Source of the DNA: Macrostomum lignano | Taxonomy: Eukaryota | DNA length: 64,000 bases | NCBI GenBank assembly: GCA_002269645.1 | Contig: NIVC01001058.1 | Span: forward strand, 156 to 64,155 | Reading direction: 5' to 3' | Shown: positions 18,857 to 29,248 of the stretch, piece after piece | Position numbering within the stretch: position 1 is the stretch's first letter | Layout: each line of letters starts with the position of its first letter | The notes under the pieces: model-generated | Databases searched by the model: none | What the model saw: only the letters and a program-made list of their open reading frames with translations | Told to the model about the DNA's origin: nothing | Position numbers and translations under genes: made by a program

Positions 18857-19739
18857 GTAAAAATAAATACAAACAAATACAGATACAAAAAAATCTGTCT
18901 AAAAGAATAAATAAAAAAGACTTGTAAAATCGGATTGCGAATTTGCATGCTTAGATATTTTTTGTCAAAAAACGACTGCACACTTGCGCTCGTAGAGTTG
19001 TAACTCTGTTGCTGGACCCAGACACATGATTCCGTGCATATTTCAACGCGATGGAATTGTTATTATATGTTTTGTTGTGCTGCTCCTCGCTTCATCCATA
19101 TTATAAAACTAATTAGTAATGAAGCTTATATTACTAATGTAGCTTTCTCGCTCGCGCGCTCCCATTTTATGCTTATAAATCGCTTGCTGGGTTATTATTA
19201 TCTAACTTATTGATACTTGGCTACTTAAAGTAGGGTTTAGCTATAATCTTTATTTGTGTTCCTGCCCTAGATAACTGCTCCTTTTGCACTAGGACTCGGT
19301 TCATTGCTGAGCCTAGCGTGTATGGATTACTGTAGATAAAACGGTTAGATAAATATGAATAGCTTGATGAGTTTAGATTTTTTCGGTGCATTTTCTGTTT
19401 CTTTGTTTTTAACTCCCCTCCCCGTGGAATTTAGTTGATTAGTTTATTGTCTCCGTTGTAATGGAAAACAAAAGCTTTTTGTCAAAAATTTGTTTAATTT
19501 CGGTTTCGCAATTTATTGAGATGGTTTGCTATGGACTGTTTGTGTTGTTTTTTTCTGTTGTAAATTGGCGCTTAGTCTGTTGCAATGAACTGTTTCAAAT
19601 TTATTTAATAAATAACATAACTGTGACCGTACGGGATTGTATGAGATGTTTCTCTCTGCTGTCGTTATAAAATCATATTAATTATTGTTTAAACACACTT
19701 ATTTAACCTTCATTGTTCTTGATTTGTGAATTCTGTTTT

Positions 19740-20882
19740 GTCTGTCTCATTGGGTTGCCGCTGTGTCCCTTCCCAGTGTCTCCTTGGGTTGCCACTGTGT
19801 TCCTTCCTAGTGTCTCATTGGGTTGCCGCTGTGTTCCTTTCTAGTGTCTCATTGGGTTGCCGCTGTGTTCCTTTCTAGTGTCTCATTGGGTTGCCGCTGT
19901 GTTCCTTTCTAGTGTCTCATTGGGTTGCCGCTGTGTTCCTTTCTAGTGTCTCATTGGGTTGCCGCTGTGTTCCTTTCTAGTGTCTCATTGGGTTGCCGCT
20001 GTGTTCCTTTCTAGTGTCTCATTGGGTTGCCGCTGTGTTCCTTTCTAGTGTCTCATTGGGTTGCCGCTGTGTTCCTTTCTAGTGTCTCATTGGGTTGCCG
20101 CTGTGTTCCTTTCTAGTGTCTCATTGGGTTGCCGCTGTGTTCCTTTCTAGTGTCTCATTGGGTTGCCGCTGTGTCCCTTTCTAGTGTCTCATTGGGTTGC
20201 CGCTGTGTTCCTTTCTAGTGTCTCATTGGGTTGCCGCTGTGTTCCTTTCTAGTGTCTCATTGGGTTGCCGCTGTGTTCCTTTCTAGTGTCTCATTGGGTT
20301 GCCGCTGTGTCCCTTTCTAGTGTCTCATTGGGTTGCCGCTGTGTTCCTTTCTAGTGTCTCATTGGGTTGCCGCTGTGTTCCTTTCTAGTGTCTCATTGGG
20401 TTGCCGCTGTGTTCCTTTCTAGTGTCTCATTGGGTTGCCGCTGTGTCCCTTTCTAGTGTCTCATTGGGTTGCCGCTGTGTTCCTTTCTAGTGTCTCATTG
20501 GGTTGCCGCTGTGTCCCTTTCTAGTGTCTCATTGGGTTGCCGCTGTGTTCCTTTCTAGTGTCTCATTGGGTTGCCGCTGTGTTCCTTTCTAGTGTCTCAT
20601 TGGGTTGCCGCTGTGTTCCTTTCTAGTGTCTCCTTGGGTTGCCGCTGTGTTCCTTTCTAGTGTCTCATTGGGTTGCCGCTGTGTTCCTTTCTAGTGTCTC
20701 CTTGGGTTGCCGCTGTGTTCCTTTCTAGTGTCTCATTGGGTTGCCGCTGTGTTCCTTTCTAGTGTCTCATTGGGTTGCCGCTGTGTTCCTTTCTAGTGTC
20801 CCATTGAATTGCCGCTGTGTCCTTTTCCAATGTCTCATTGGGTTGCCGCTGTGTCCCTTCCCAGTGCCTCATTGGGTTGCCG
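19740..20882. repeat. 34-bp tandem repeat (about 33 copies)
   Basis: TGTCTCATTGGGTTGCCGCTGTGTTCCTTTCTAG with period 34 and degenerate edge copies. Confidence 0.95.
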
Positions 20883-21483
20883 CGCCGTTTTTGTTCACTT
20901 CAAAAAACTGAATAAAGACTCGCTTATGTTTTTAGCTCATATGCAAACTAGTCTATAGAATGCGCTTTTATTTCAAGCTGGGTTAGTTTATTTGTCATAT
21001 TTCATTGCTGCAGGACCTTGCCAAATATTTTCTTAGTAATGACCGCTCAAAGGTAGACCAAATTTTAGACTGATTAGAATCTATTCCTTCACTCAGTTTT
21101 TTAAACAAACGCAAGATACTACTTGGGATAATTAGCAGCATCGGCTTGGGGTGGTTAGCGCGAAAACGAATGCGCGATACTCTACTGCCAATCCTCAGTT
21201 AGTAGCAAGTAACGAAAGTGCAGCAGCAGCGGAAGAACGACCATGGTAGGGTTGAAGAAGACTGCGCGCCTGTCTATAGCGGAGAAGAGAAAATTGAATT
21301 ACGAGCTAGAAATATGAGGGCTTTGAAGTTAAAGAAAATTGCTAATTTAAAATCAGTACACTAAGATTTACTCCCGAAAACATTAGTTAGAAAGCAAGTA
21401 ATAAGGCTATATGAAAAGTCTGTCGTCCAGAGTAAAGCGCGATTGCGTAATCGCTAAAATAAAATGGCCAACGCTTGTTGCGC

Positions 21484-22658
21484 TCATTCGTCCTCCTTGC
21501 CGCGTTTGATCAGCGTGACAAATTTGTTATAATCCAACTTGCCGGCCTGGATTGGCGCCTCCTTCCAGGTCTGCCGGATCTCGTCGTCCGTGAAATTGTC
21601 GCCCATGTTCTTCATCAGGTCACGGAAACTGGAGTATAACAGAATCGATAAAAGGGTGAACGTTTTAGCAACTTTTAGTAGCTTTTGCAACATTTCTACT
21701 TGGAAGTCTTTGATGTCTGGCAACTTTCATCTGACTTAATGATCATCACAGCTGCACTTCAGCGAGCGGGCAACTCACTATTCCTCGTCCAGGAAGCCCG
21801 AGTTGGCATCGTCGAACATTTTGAAGGCGTTGCGCAATGCGTCCTCCGGATCGGAGCCGGTCAGCCGTTCGCCGAAGATCTGCAGAAACATGGTGAAGTT
21901 CAACGGGCCGGGAGACTCCTTCAGCATCTCCTGCAGCTCCTTGTCGGTTGGCTGGCGACCTGTGCGGGGAACGAACCGAGAGCTACTTAAGCATCACAAT
22001 TAAAGCCTCTGACACAATGAGCTTCTGTGTTCAGCAATGACTTACCAAGGGAGGCGTACATGTCCTTGAGGTCCTCGACATCAATGAAACCGTCGCGATT
22101 CTGGTCGATCATTGTGAACGCCTGCGTTTGAGAAGTGGTCGAGTTGTTTACCGAGCTGCGTTCGGATGTCACAAGGACTGACCAATCTCCAAACAGAAAT
22201 TTTACGATTTCAAAAGCTCAATGGCTCTGACTAGCTATCATTAGATAATGAATTTCAAGTCTTAATAATACTAAGATTCTAAGTCTCAAACAATGATCCC
22301 ACAACGTACTAACCTCCTTGAACTCCTGCACCTGCTGCTGCGGAAAGGCGGCGAAAACGTTGGAAGTCGCTCGCTGGGCGCGCTTGCCTTCCTTCTTGCC
22401 ATCCTGCAATGAAATTCAAAATCATTACGGTGGATGGATTAAAAGATAATTGGATTTCCAGCTCGTCTCTTTTGGAAATGCTAAGTGGATTCCATTACTC
22501 GATGATTAATTTGCTAGCAACGTGTGATGCTATGCCGGAATGTTAACGCCAAGTGTGTCAAGTGTCACCTTGGCGAACGCAACACGCGAGGGCCATTAAA
22601 AATTCGCGTCAGCGACCCCCAGACCCCCGCACCACACAGCACTCACATCATCAGCCAT
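21484..22658 (-). CDS. Myosin regulatory light chain (EF-hand), about 167 aa; exons 22658-22647, 22403-22314, 22121-22046, 21959-21779, 21628-21484
   Basis: MADD|[24 protein letters not shown]|[18 protein letters not shown]..|[18 protein letters not shown]..|[22 protein letters not shown]. All introns are GT-AG with matching phases. Confidence 0.95.
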
Positions 22659-22704
22659 TGTCGCTTCTTAGCTTCGCTAGCAGCCAAGAATGTTGCAAGT
22701 TCAA

Positions 22705-22737
22705 AACTGATTTCGCGCTGAAATGTGAAATTATATA
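22705..22737 (-). promoter_or_regulatory. Core promoter of the myosin light chain gene: TATA (TATATAA, 22737-22731) plus initiator TCAGTT (+1 at about 22708)
   Basis: The TATA lies 29 bp upstream of the initiator adenine and about 50 bp upstream of the ATG. Confidence 0.6.
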
Positions 22738-23089
22738 ATGCCAGCCGGTGGAACAGTTGTCTGTCTATCGCGACTGACGACCAATTTTTCCTTAGCTATA
22801 AAATTCAATTCGCCTACCTTGAAAGCACGGAGCGGCCAACAGACGGGGGAGCAGCCTTGGATGGTTTGGGGAGAAATGCGAAATGACCGAGCGGGCGGGA
22901 CGGCACTGCGAATAGCCGCGGACACAGTTTTTGTATTCCTTGATGCAGTCGCGTCACGTAGCAAACGACCACGGCAAGGTAAAGAAGTCAAGGCAGCCTC
23001 ACCGGAGGGATGAGAGAGGGGGGTGGTGTTCCGGAACTGGGGTTCAGCGGAGGACGAAAGGAAGGATTCAGCCTGGAACTGCGCGCTGA

Positions 23090-23099
23090 CCTTTTATGG
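23090..23099. promoter_or_regulatory. CArG box (SRF site) CCTTTTATGG upstream of the myosin light chain gene
   Basis: Exact CC(A/T)6GG match about 380 bp upstream of the inferred TSS. CAGCTG E-boxes lie at 23261, 23346 and 23392. Confidence 0.55.
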
Positions 23100-23969
23100 T
23101 ATGGTAAAAAGGCCATTGCACAGGCCCGCGGCCCATCTCTGCATCGTTCGACCGCCCCGGCATCGCCAGGAATGCTGATTGATCAATATTGCCTCGCAAG
23201 CATGCGGTGCACTGCCGTTGCGTACTTGGGGGGGGGGGGAATAGGTAAATTCTGACAGTACAGCTGCAGAATCGATCCTATTGAAGCCGTGTGTCCGTCT
23301 CTATCCCGCAGTTCTAGCTGCTGTTGCGGTTGCGCACGCGGTCAGCAGCTGAACTCGGCGCGGAAAGCCTTTTTCCGCATCCCCGGTCCTCCAGCTGAAT
23401 TCAGCTACACTGGGTACACTGTGTGAAGTCGGTTAGCTGAAGCTGCCAAGCTACACAGTAAAGATTCTGCATCGCGCATGGCAGAAAACTGAACTTACAT
23501 GGTACCAGTGAGAGGATTTCTGCCACGGTTCCGTCCACTCTATTGGGAAATATTCTTTTTGCTTAAGATAAAGTCAACTTCCAATATTTCTCTGCTTCTT
23601 TGGTTTGTTTCTTTCCTGTCTCGGTATAAATTTTACATTGGTGCTTAAACACAAAGAATTATTAAACTTTCATTGCTTTCTGTTAGCCTCGGAGGGCTTC
23701 CACTCTTCATTACAAGCCTTTCAAAGTCTTCTGTCGATGAGTGGTGATTCAATTCAGTCCTGTATTATATAGAATTTATAGCCCGTCCTTTTTAATAATT
23801 CTTAAGCTGTGTTCACTAGCTTTCATGAAGTTAATTCAATGGTAAGCAACTATTATGGGATGCTTTACAATTACAAACTGGCAAACAGCCAATTAAGGAC
23901 ATCGTGTCACTCAGGAGGGACATCAAGTTCAGTCAAGAGGCAACCATGCCATTCATAAAGGACATCGTG

Positions 23970-25545
23970 TCATTCAGAATTGCCTCGCGAACCATCCCGA
24001 CGCAGAAGCAGCGCAATCAGTAGCATCAAGATGAGGCCAAGGAAGCTGAGAAAGGCCATCGTGGCGCAAATAATCTTGCCAGCATCGCCGGCTGTCCAGC
24101 CTGTGCCGTCGTCTCCGACGTGCCCGTCTGAGCTGCCTCCTTGGCCGCCGCCGCTGCCGCCGAAGGCGCGGCCGCTTCGCAGCCTCCAGCTGTCGCCGCA
24201 GACTCGGCGCAGGCTCCGATTCCAGTCTGGCGGCAGGTTGGCCGGCGTCTCGCTGCTGCACTCCTCGGCATCGTTAGTGCTCAGCCGCTCGCTGGTCCAC
24301 GGATCCAATGGTTGAGTCATCAGGGCCATGTCGTGCAGGCTGAGCATGGGCAAGTCGCTCTTTATCATCGTTATGGCTGGCTGGCTTTTGTCTGCGTTTA
24401 GTCTGTTAGCGGAATACAATTCGGTCATCAGCAGCCGGTAAACTCCAGTCAGAGACGTGGATCATAATCCTGTGCTGTGCGACGTTGCTGGCAAATATGC
24501 ACATTTACATTACATCGACCGATAACGACGTCATACCTTGGCCGAACGTCGGTGCAATGTAAAAGTACATATCTATCAGCGACGTCGTTAGACGTCGGAA
24601 ACGTCGGTCGACGTTATCGGCGTCGAATAAATGTAGAATTAACTATAAAGTGAGCAAAAATACACAATGAATTCATAAAGCTTACCTTTGCACCTTGAAG
24701 CAGAGTTCATTAGCCCATGCACGGCGGTTAATGCACTTGACTAATATACAGATCAAGCTGGGGCAGAGGGGACTCTAATTGAGCAGTTCTCATGCGCACT
24801 CATGAGCATGCAATGAGCAGATCTAGAGGAAGGCAAATAGCAATTAATGATTACACGAGTCTATCCGACAATGGAATACAGCCAATGGCCAAGCTCGTCT
24901 GCCGATCATGCAGTTCGAATCAGATTGCTCTGAGCGCGAACGAGGCCGATCTCCTCTCCTCTTCTCTCCTCTCCGGGGTCCCTAATCTCCTTTGCATGGC
25001 TGCGCCTGTGCTGCTACTTAATTCCAGATAAGAATTGTCAAATCCGATGGGCCAGGGCGGCAACTATTTGATCTACGGCGTTAATCCGTCCGCGCTTTCA
25101 ATGCTCTCGTGTCGGCTTGTGTTTGGTATTAAAAAACCCTGATTTTACCACTGCTACACATGTACCAGCTCGTATCTGCAAATTTTCGGTTTTATCTGCT
25201 GCCTTCTGAAAAGTTCCATTTCCAGAATCATGACAAGTGCGAACGTAAAATATTTTTACTCACTTGGTGTCCGGGCTTGCTCCCTGCGGCTGCTAAGCTT
25301 ACCTACTCACTTGGTGTCCGGGCTTGCTCCCTGCGGCTGCTAAGCTTACCTACTCACTTGGTGTCCGGGCTTGCTCCCTGCGGCTGCTAAGCTTACCTAC
25401 TCACTTGGTGTCCGGGCTTGCTCCCTGCGGCTGCTAAGCTTACCTACTCACTTGGTGTCCGGGCTTGCTCCCTGCGGCTGCTAAGCTTACCTACTCACTT
25501 GGTGTCCGGGCTTGCTCCCTGCGGCTGCTAAGCTTACGTCTTCAA
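23970..25545 (-). CDS. Unrecognised protein with a C-terminal transmembrane helix; last exon 24402-23970, tentative upstream exons 24740-24686, 24981-24855, 25545-25499
   Basis: GC-rich ORF ending in KIICATMAFLSFLGLILMLLIALLLRR. The CTAACAG acceptor and GTAAGC/GTGAGT donors give a phase-consistent chain (1-0-1-2). No start exon was found. The last exon is better supported than the others. Confidence 0.5.
25258..25537. repeat. 47-bp tandem repeat (6 copies) carrying splice-donor motifs on the minus strand
   Basis: ACTCACTTGGTGTCCGGGCTTGCTCCCTGCGGCTGCTAAGCTTACCT, with copies starting at 25258, 25305, 25352, 25399, 25446 and 25493. Confidence 0.92.
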
Positions 25546-26082
25546 CTGTTAGATTAGGAAGAGGTGCAAATTTTTATCCAGTTGTGTTGCACCAGCATGA
25601 CACAAGACACACAACACAAGGTAACCTGGGCTGGGCCATTATCGTAATAATCGCTTCATCAATATAAAGGCTGCGAGTGACAAGCGCGACAGGTTCGCAA
25701 AGAACTCAGAGCATGTTTGTTATCTATAAAACTATGATTGAAAAGCAGTACAGGTACTTGAAATGCCCAAAGTGCTTTAGAAATAATTTAAACTAACAAG
25801 CAGTTTTGAATTAGATTTCCAGTAGAAAAAGGCATTAGTACAAACGATTAATAATTCAGCTGTATTTATGATAGAACGGTTTCGTACATGTACATAATAA
25901 TTATGAGCATATTAAGACACAAAACTGAAGACTGCTATGCTGATTAAAAAAGCATTAATAAAAGCGTATAGAAATGCAAAAAAGCTTGTACTTTTAGTCT
26001 CGCGAATCCAGTGTCGATTAAACTAGCTATTTTATTTACAAATCGATTAAGTAAATATTGATCAGAGTTGAATCTGGATCCT

Positions 26083-29000
26083 TCAGGCCTTTCCGACTGT
26101 TCTCTGCCGCGGCCCCGTGACTGAGGGCTCCACTCCGATCGGCTCCGCCTCTGGCCTGCAAAAAAAACAAAATAAAAAACCTTACTTTTCTCTTTTCAAG
26201 TGAATGGCAATAATAGAGAATATGTACCATAGACGCTACTTTCAATAGAAATAAGTTTTTTTCGAGTTTAACTTAAAATAATAATATTACACAGCAGTAG
26301 CAGCACACCTACTGAAGAGCACTGAGGGCAGCAGCACACCTACTGAAGAGCACTGAGGGCAGCAGCACACCTACTGAAGAGCACTGAGGGCAGCAGCAAC
26401 CAGCATGGACCCACACTCACTCATCGTCAGGCGCGTCCAAATCGACCAGTTCCGGCGGTTCATCGCTGTCGTCATAATAGTCAGCCTCCGCAGCTGCCGG
26501 CGCCGCATCATCGACAAGATCATCATCGTCATCTTTGTCATCCTCATCATCATAGTCATCGTCTCCGTCTGTTTTCTTTCGCCTAGCCCGAGCGGCGGCG
26601 GCGGCGGCCTTCGAACTTGGGGAGCTCTCGCGCAGACAGCAACAGTAAGCAATGAGTAGCACTAGCGGTAGTACAACTCCAACTAGCAGCGCCGCCCAAA
26701 TCCACGGCCTATCGTTGGTGGCATCGCGCACCGCGTCAAAAACAGCCTGCAGAGCCGAGTCCTGTTGGCGCTCAGCCTGGCGCTTTATCGACCAAGTCTG
26801 ATCGGCGAAGGAGTCGGCTAGCGGCTTGCGATCGACTATCAGCAAATTGTCAAATGCGACGCCTTCAGTCACGGACCAGAGCTCAAAGCCGATGGCACCA
26901 ATGGGTGAAAATTTCCAAGGCTGCTTGTCCACGAACCCATCCGCATTGGCAATCCGGCGGGGTCGCCAGGCGCCTCTGTAGGCCGGATTGTCCACCAATG
27001 GCGGAGTCCACTGGCCACGGTACAGGGGATTCCTCACTTTCGGCCGAGTCCATGGCCCGCAGCCGGGCGCGTCTTTGCACCTTGGAATTCAAAGTGTGAG
27101 TGGGTAGGGGCACCTTCTGATAGCTGAGGGGTAGAGGCGCCCCTGAAGTAGCTGAGGGGGTAGAGGTGCCCCCTGAAGTAGCTGAGGGTGTAGAGGGGCT
27201 CTCTGAAGTAGCTGAGGGTGTAGAAGTGCTCTCTGAAGTAGCTGAGGGGGTAGAGGTGCCCTCTGAAGTAGCTGAGGGTGTAGAGGCGCCCCTGAAGTAG
27301 CTGAGGGGGTAGAGGCACCCCTGAAGTAGCTGAGGGGGTAGAGGCACCCCTGAAGTAGCTGAGGGTGTAGAGGCGCCCCTGAAGTAGCTGAGGGGGTAGA
27401 GGCACCCCTGAAGTAGCTGAGGGGGTAGAGGCACCCCTGAAGTAGCTGAGGGGGTAGAGGCACCCCTGAAGTAGCTGAGGGGGTAGAGGCACCCCTGAAG
27501 TAGCTGAGGGGGTAGAGGCACCCCTGAAGTAGCTGAGGGGGTAGAGGCACCCCTGAAGTAGCTGAGGGGGTAGAGGCGCCCCCTGAAGTAGCTGAGGGTG
27601 TAGAGGTGCTCTCTGAAGTAGCTGAGGGGGTAGAGGTGCCCTCTGAAGTAGCTGAGGGTGTAGAGGTGCTCTCTGAAGTAGCTGAGGGTGTAGAGGTGCT
27701 CTCTGAAGTAGCTGAGGGGGTAGAGGTGCCCTCTGAAGTAGCTGAGGGGGTAGAGGTGCCCTCTGAAGTAGCTGAGGGTGTAGAGGTGCTCTCTGAAGTA
27801 GCTGAGAGTGTAGAGGTGCTCTCTGAAGTAGCTGAGGGGGTAGAGGTGCCCCTGAAGTAGCTGAGGGTGTAGAGGTGCCCTCTGAAGTAGCTGAGGGTGT
27901 AGAGGCGCTCTCTGAAGTAGCTGAGGGGGTAGAGGTGCCCTCTGAAGTAGCTGAGGGTGTAGAGGCGCCCCTGAAGTAGCTGAGGGGGTAGAGGCACCCC
28001 TGAAGTAGCTGAGGGGGTAGAGGCACCCCTGAAGTAGCTGAGGGGGTAGAGGTACCCCTGAAGTAGCTGAGGGGGTAGAGGCACCCCTGAAGTAGCTGAG
28101 GGGGTAGAGGCGCCCCCTGAAGTAGCTGAGGGGGTAGAGGTGCCCTAAAAGAGTAGCATGAAGAGCACGCATTCACCGGCCTCTCACTTGGGATTGTCGA
28201 TGTGCGCCGGCTGCCAGGCTCCGTCGATGTCGTCATCCCAGTCGGCCGGCTTTTTAGCCGTCGTGTCGGGCACGGTCGGCGGCTCGTCCAGCAGCCAGCC
28301 GGCCGGCACGCTGGCCTGGGCATCGTCGATGAACTCCGACTGCGACTCGTCCCAGTCGGCCGGCCGGACAGCTTTGGGATCTGGGATTTTTTCTCGATCA
28401 TCCCAATCGGCCGGCTTCTGGTCGGTGGGATCGTCCGCATCCGGCGGAGGATTCACTGGCGGCTGGAGGTCCTCCAGAAGGCTGCCATTGTTAACTAGCA
28501 CTCGATCGATGTACACTTGGAAACTGTTGTCCGAGCTGACAACCAGAGTGTACAGGTGAGTTCGCTTGTCATTGAAGTAGGGGCTCAAATCTACTTGAGG
28601 CTTTCTGGCGTGTTTCTCTTCTACATTGCCGGTTGCTGGGCAGCGGTGGCGCAGTATAAAGTGCAGCTTGTGCTCCGAGCCGCATTTGTCAGGCCCGAAC
28701 ATGATAGTGTAGGCTGTCCTGTCAGTGAACTCTGTCAGGTTAAGGCTGGGACTGTCAGTCAGCAGTTTCAGATAGGCGCCGCCGCACTCCATGCCGTGCT
28801 GGAATTTCACATCGTACTGCAGAACAAACTGCTTGTCGGGCTGGTCGAACACGAATGGCCGGTCGAGCTTGGCCGAGATGGCGTAGTGCTTTGCTGGACT
28901 CTTCATCACGAGAGCGTAGTCGCCCTCGATGGCAGAGCTATCCGGCACCTCTACAGACCACTGGCCATCGTACTTGTCTGCCAGCTCATCAGAGTCCTTC

Positions 29001-29248
29001 TTTGACTGGGACAGAACTAGACCATGGTCGGCTGGACTTCCTGGGCCGGGAAAATACTGCGCATAATATGCACCATCTGGTAGCTTTGGTGGAGCGAATC
29101 TTGGCTTGGAGCCTACTGTGGTGGCTGGAGTCGGCTGTCCACTAGCTTTAAAATTATCAGCCTTGTTGATTTTGGTTTCAGGCTTATGAGCATGCAGATG
29201 AGTACAGAACAAGTAGAGTAGTGCAATAATTGAGTTGTGCCACTTCAT
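26083..29248 (-). CDS. CANX: Calnexin, about 597 aa; exons 29248-28188, 27080-26421, 26155-26083
   Basis: Signal peptide, lectin domain (CGGAYLKLL, IMFGPDKCG), P-domain repeats (KPADWD, IDNPK|CKDAPGCGPW..NPLYRGQW), TM helix, acidic tail ending RQRTVGKA*. AATAAA on the minus strand at 26036-26031. Confidence 0.95.
26298..26395. repeat. 31-bp tandem repeat (3 copies) in the last calnexin intron
   Basis: CAGCAGCACACCTACTGAAGAGCACTGAGGG. Confidence 0.85.
27110..28146. repeat. 29-30-bp satellite (about 35 copies) filling calnexin intron 1
   Basis: GCTGAGGGGGTAGAGGCACCCCTGAAGTA units between the GTGAGA donor (28187) and the AG acceptor (27081). Confidence 0.95.

Noticed and set aside
23490-23505. 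Minus-strand AT|GTAAGT as a split start codon for myosin light chain
   Set aside because: It would put exon 2 in the wrong frame. The MADD exon at 22658-22647 fits phase 0.
26883-28440. ORFs of 331-468 aa with SATSG/PPQLL repeats
   Set aside because: They run through the calnexin intron satellite. The flanking exons splice cleanly (NPK|CKDAPGC).
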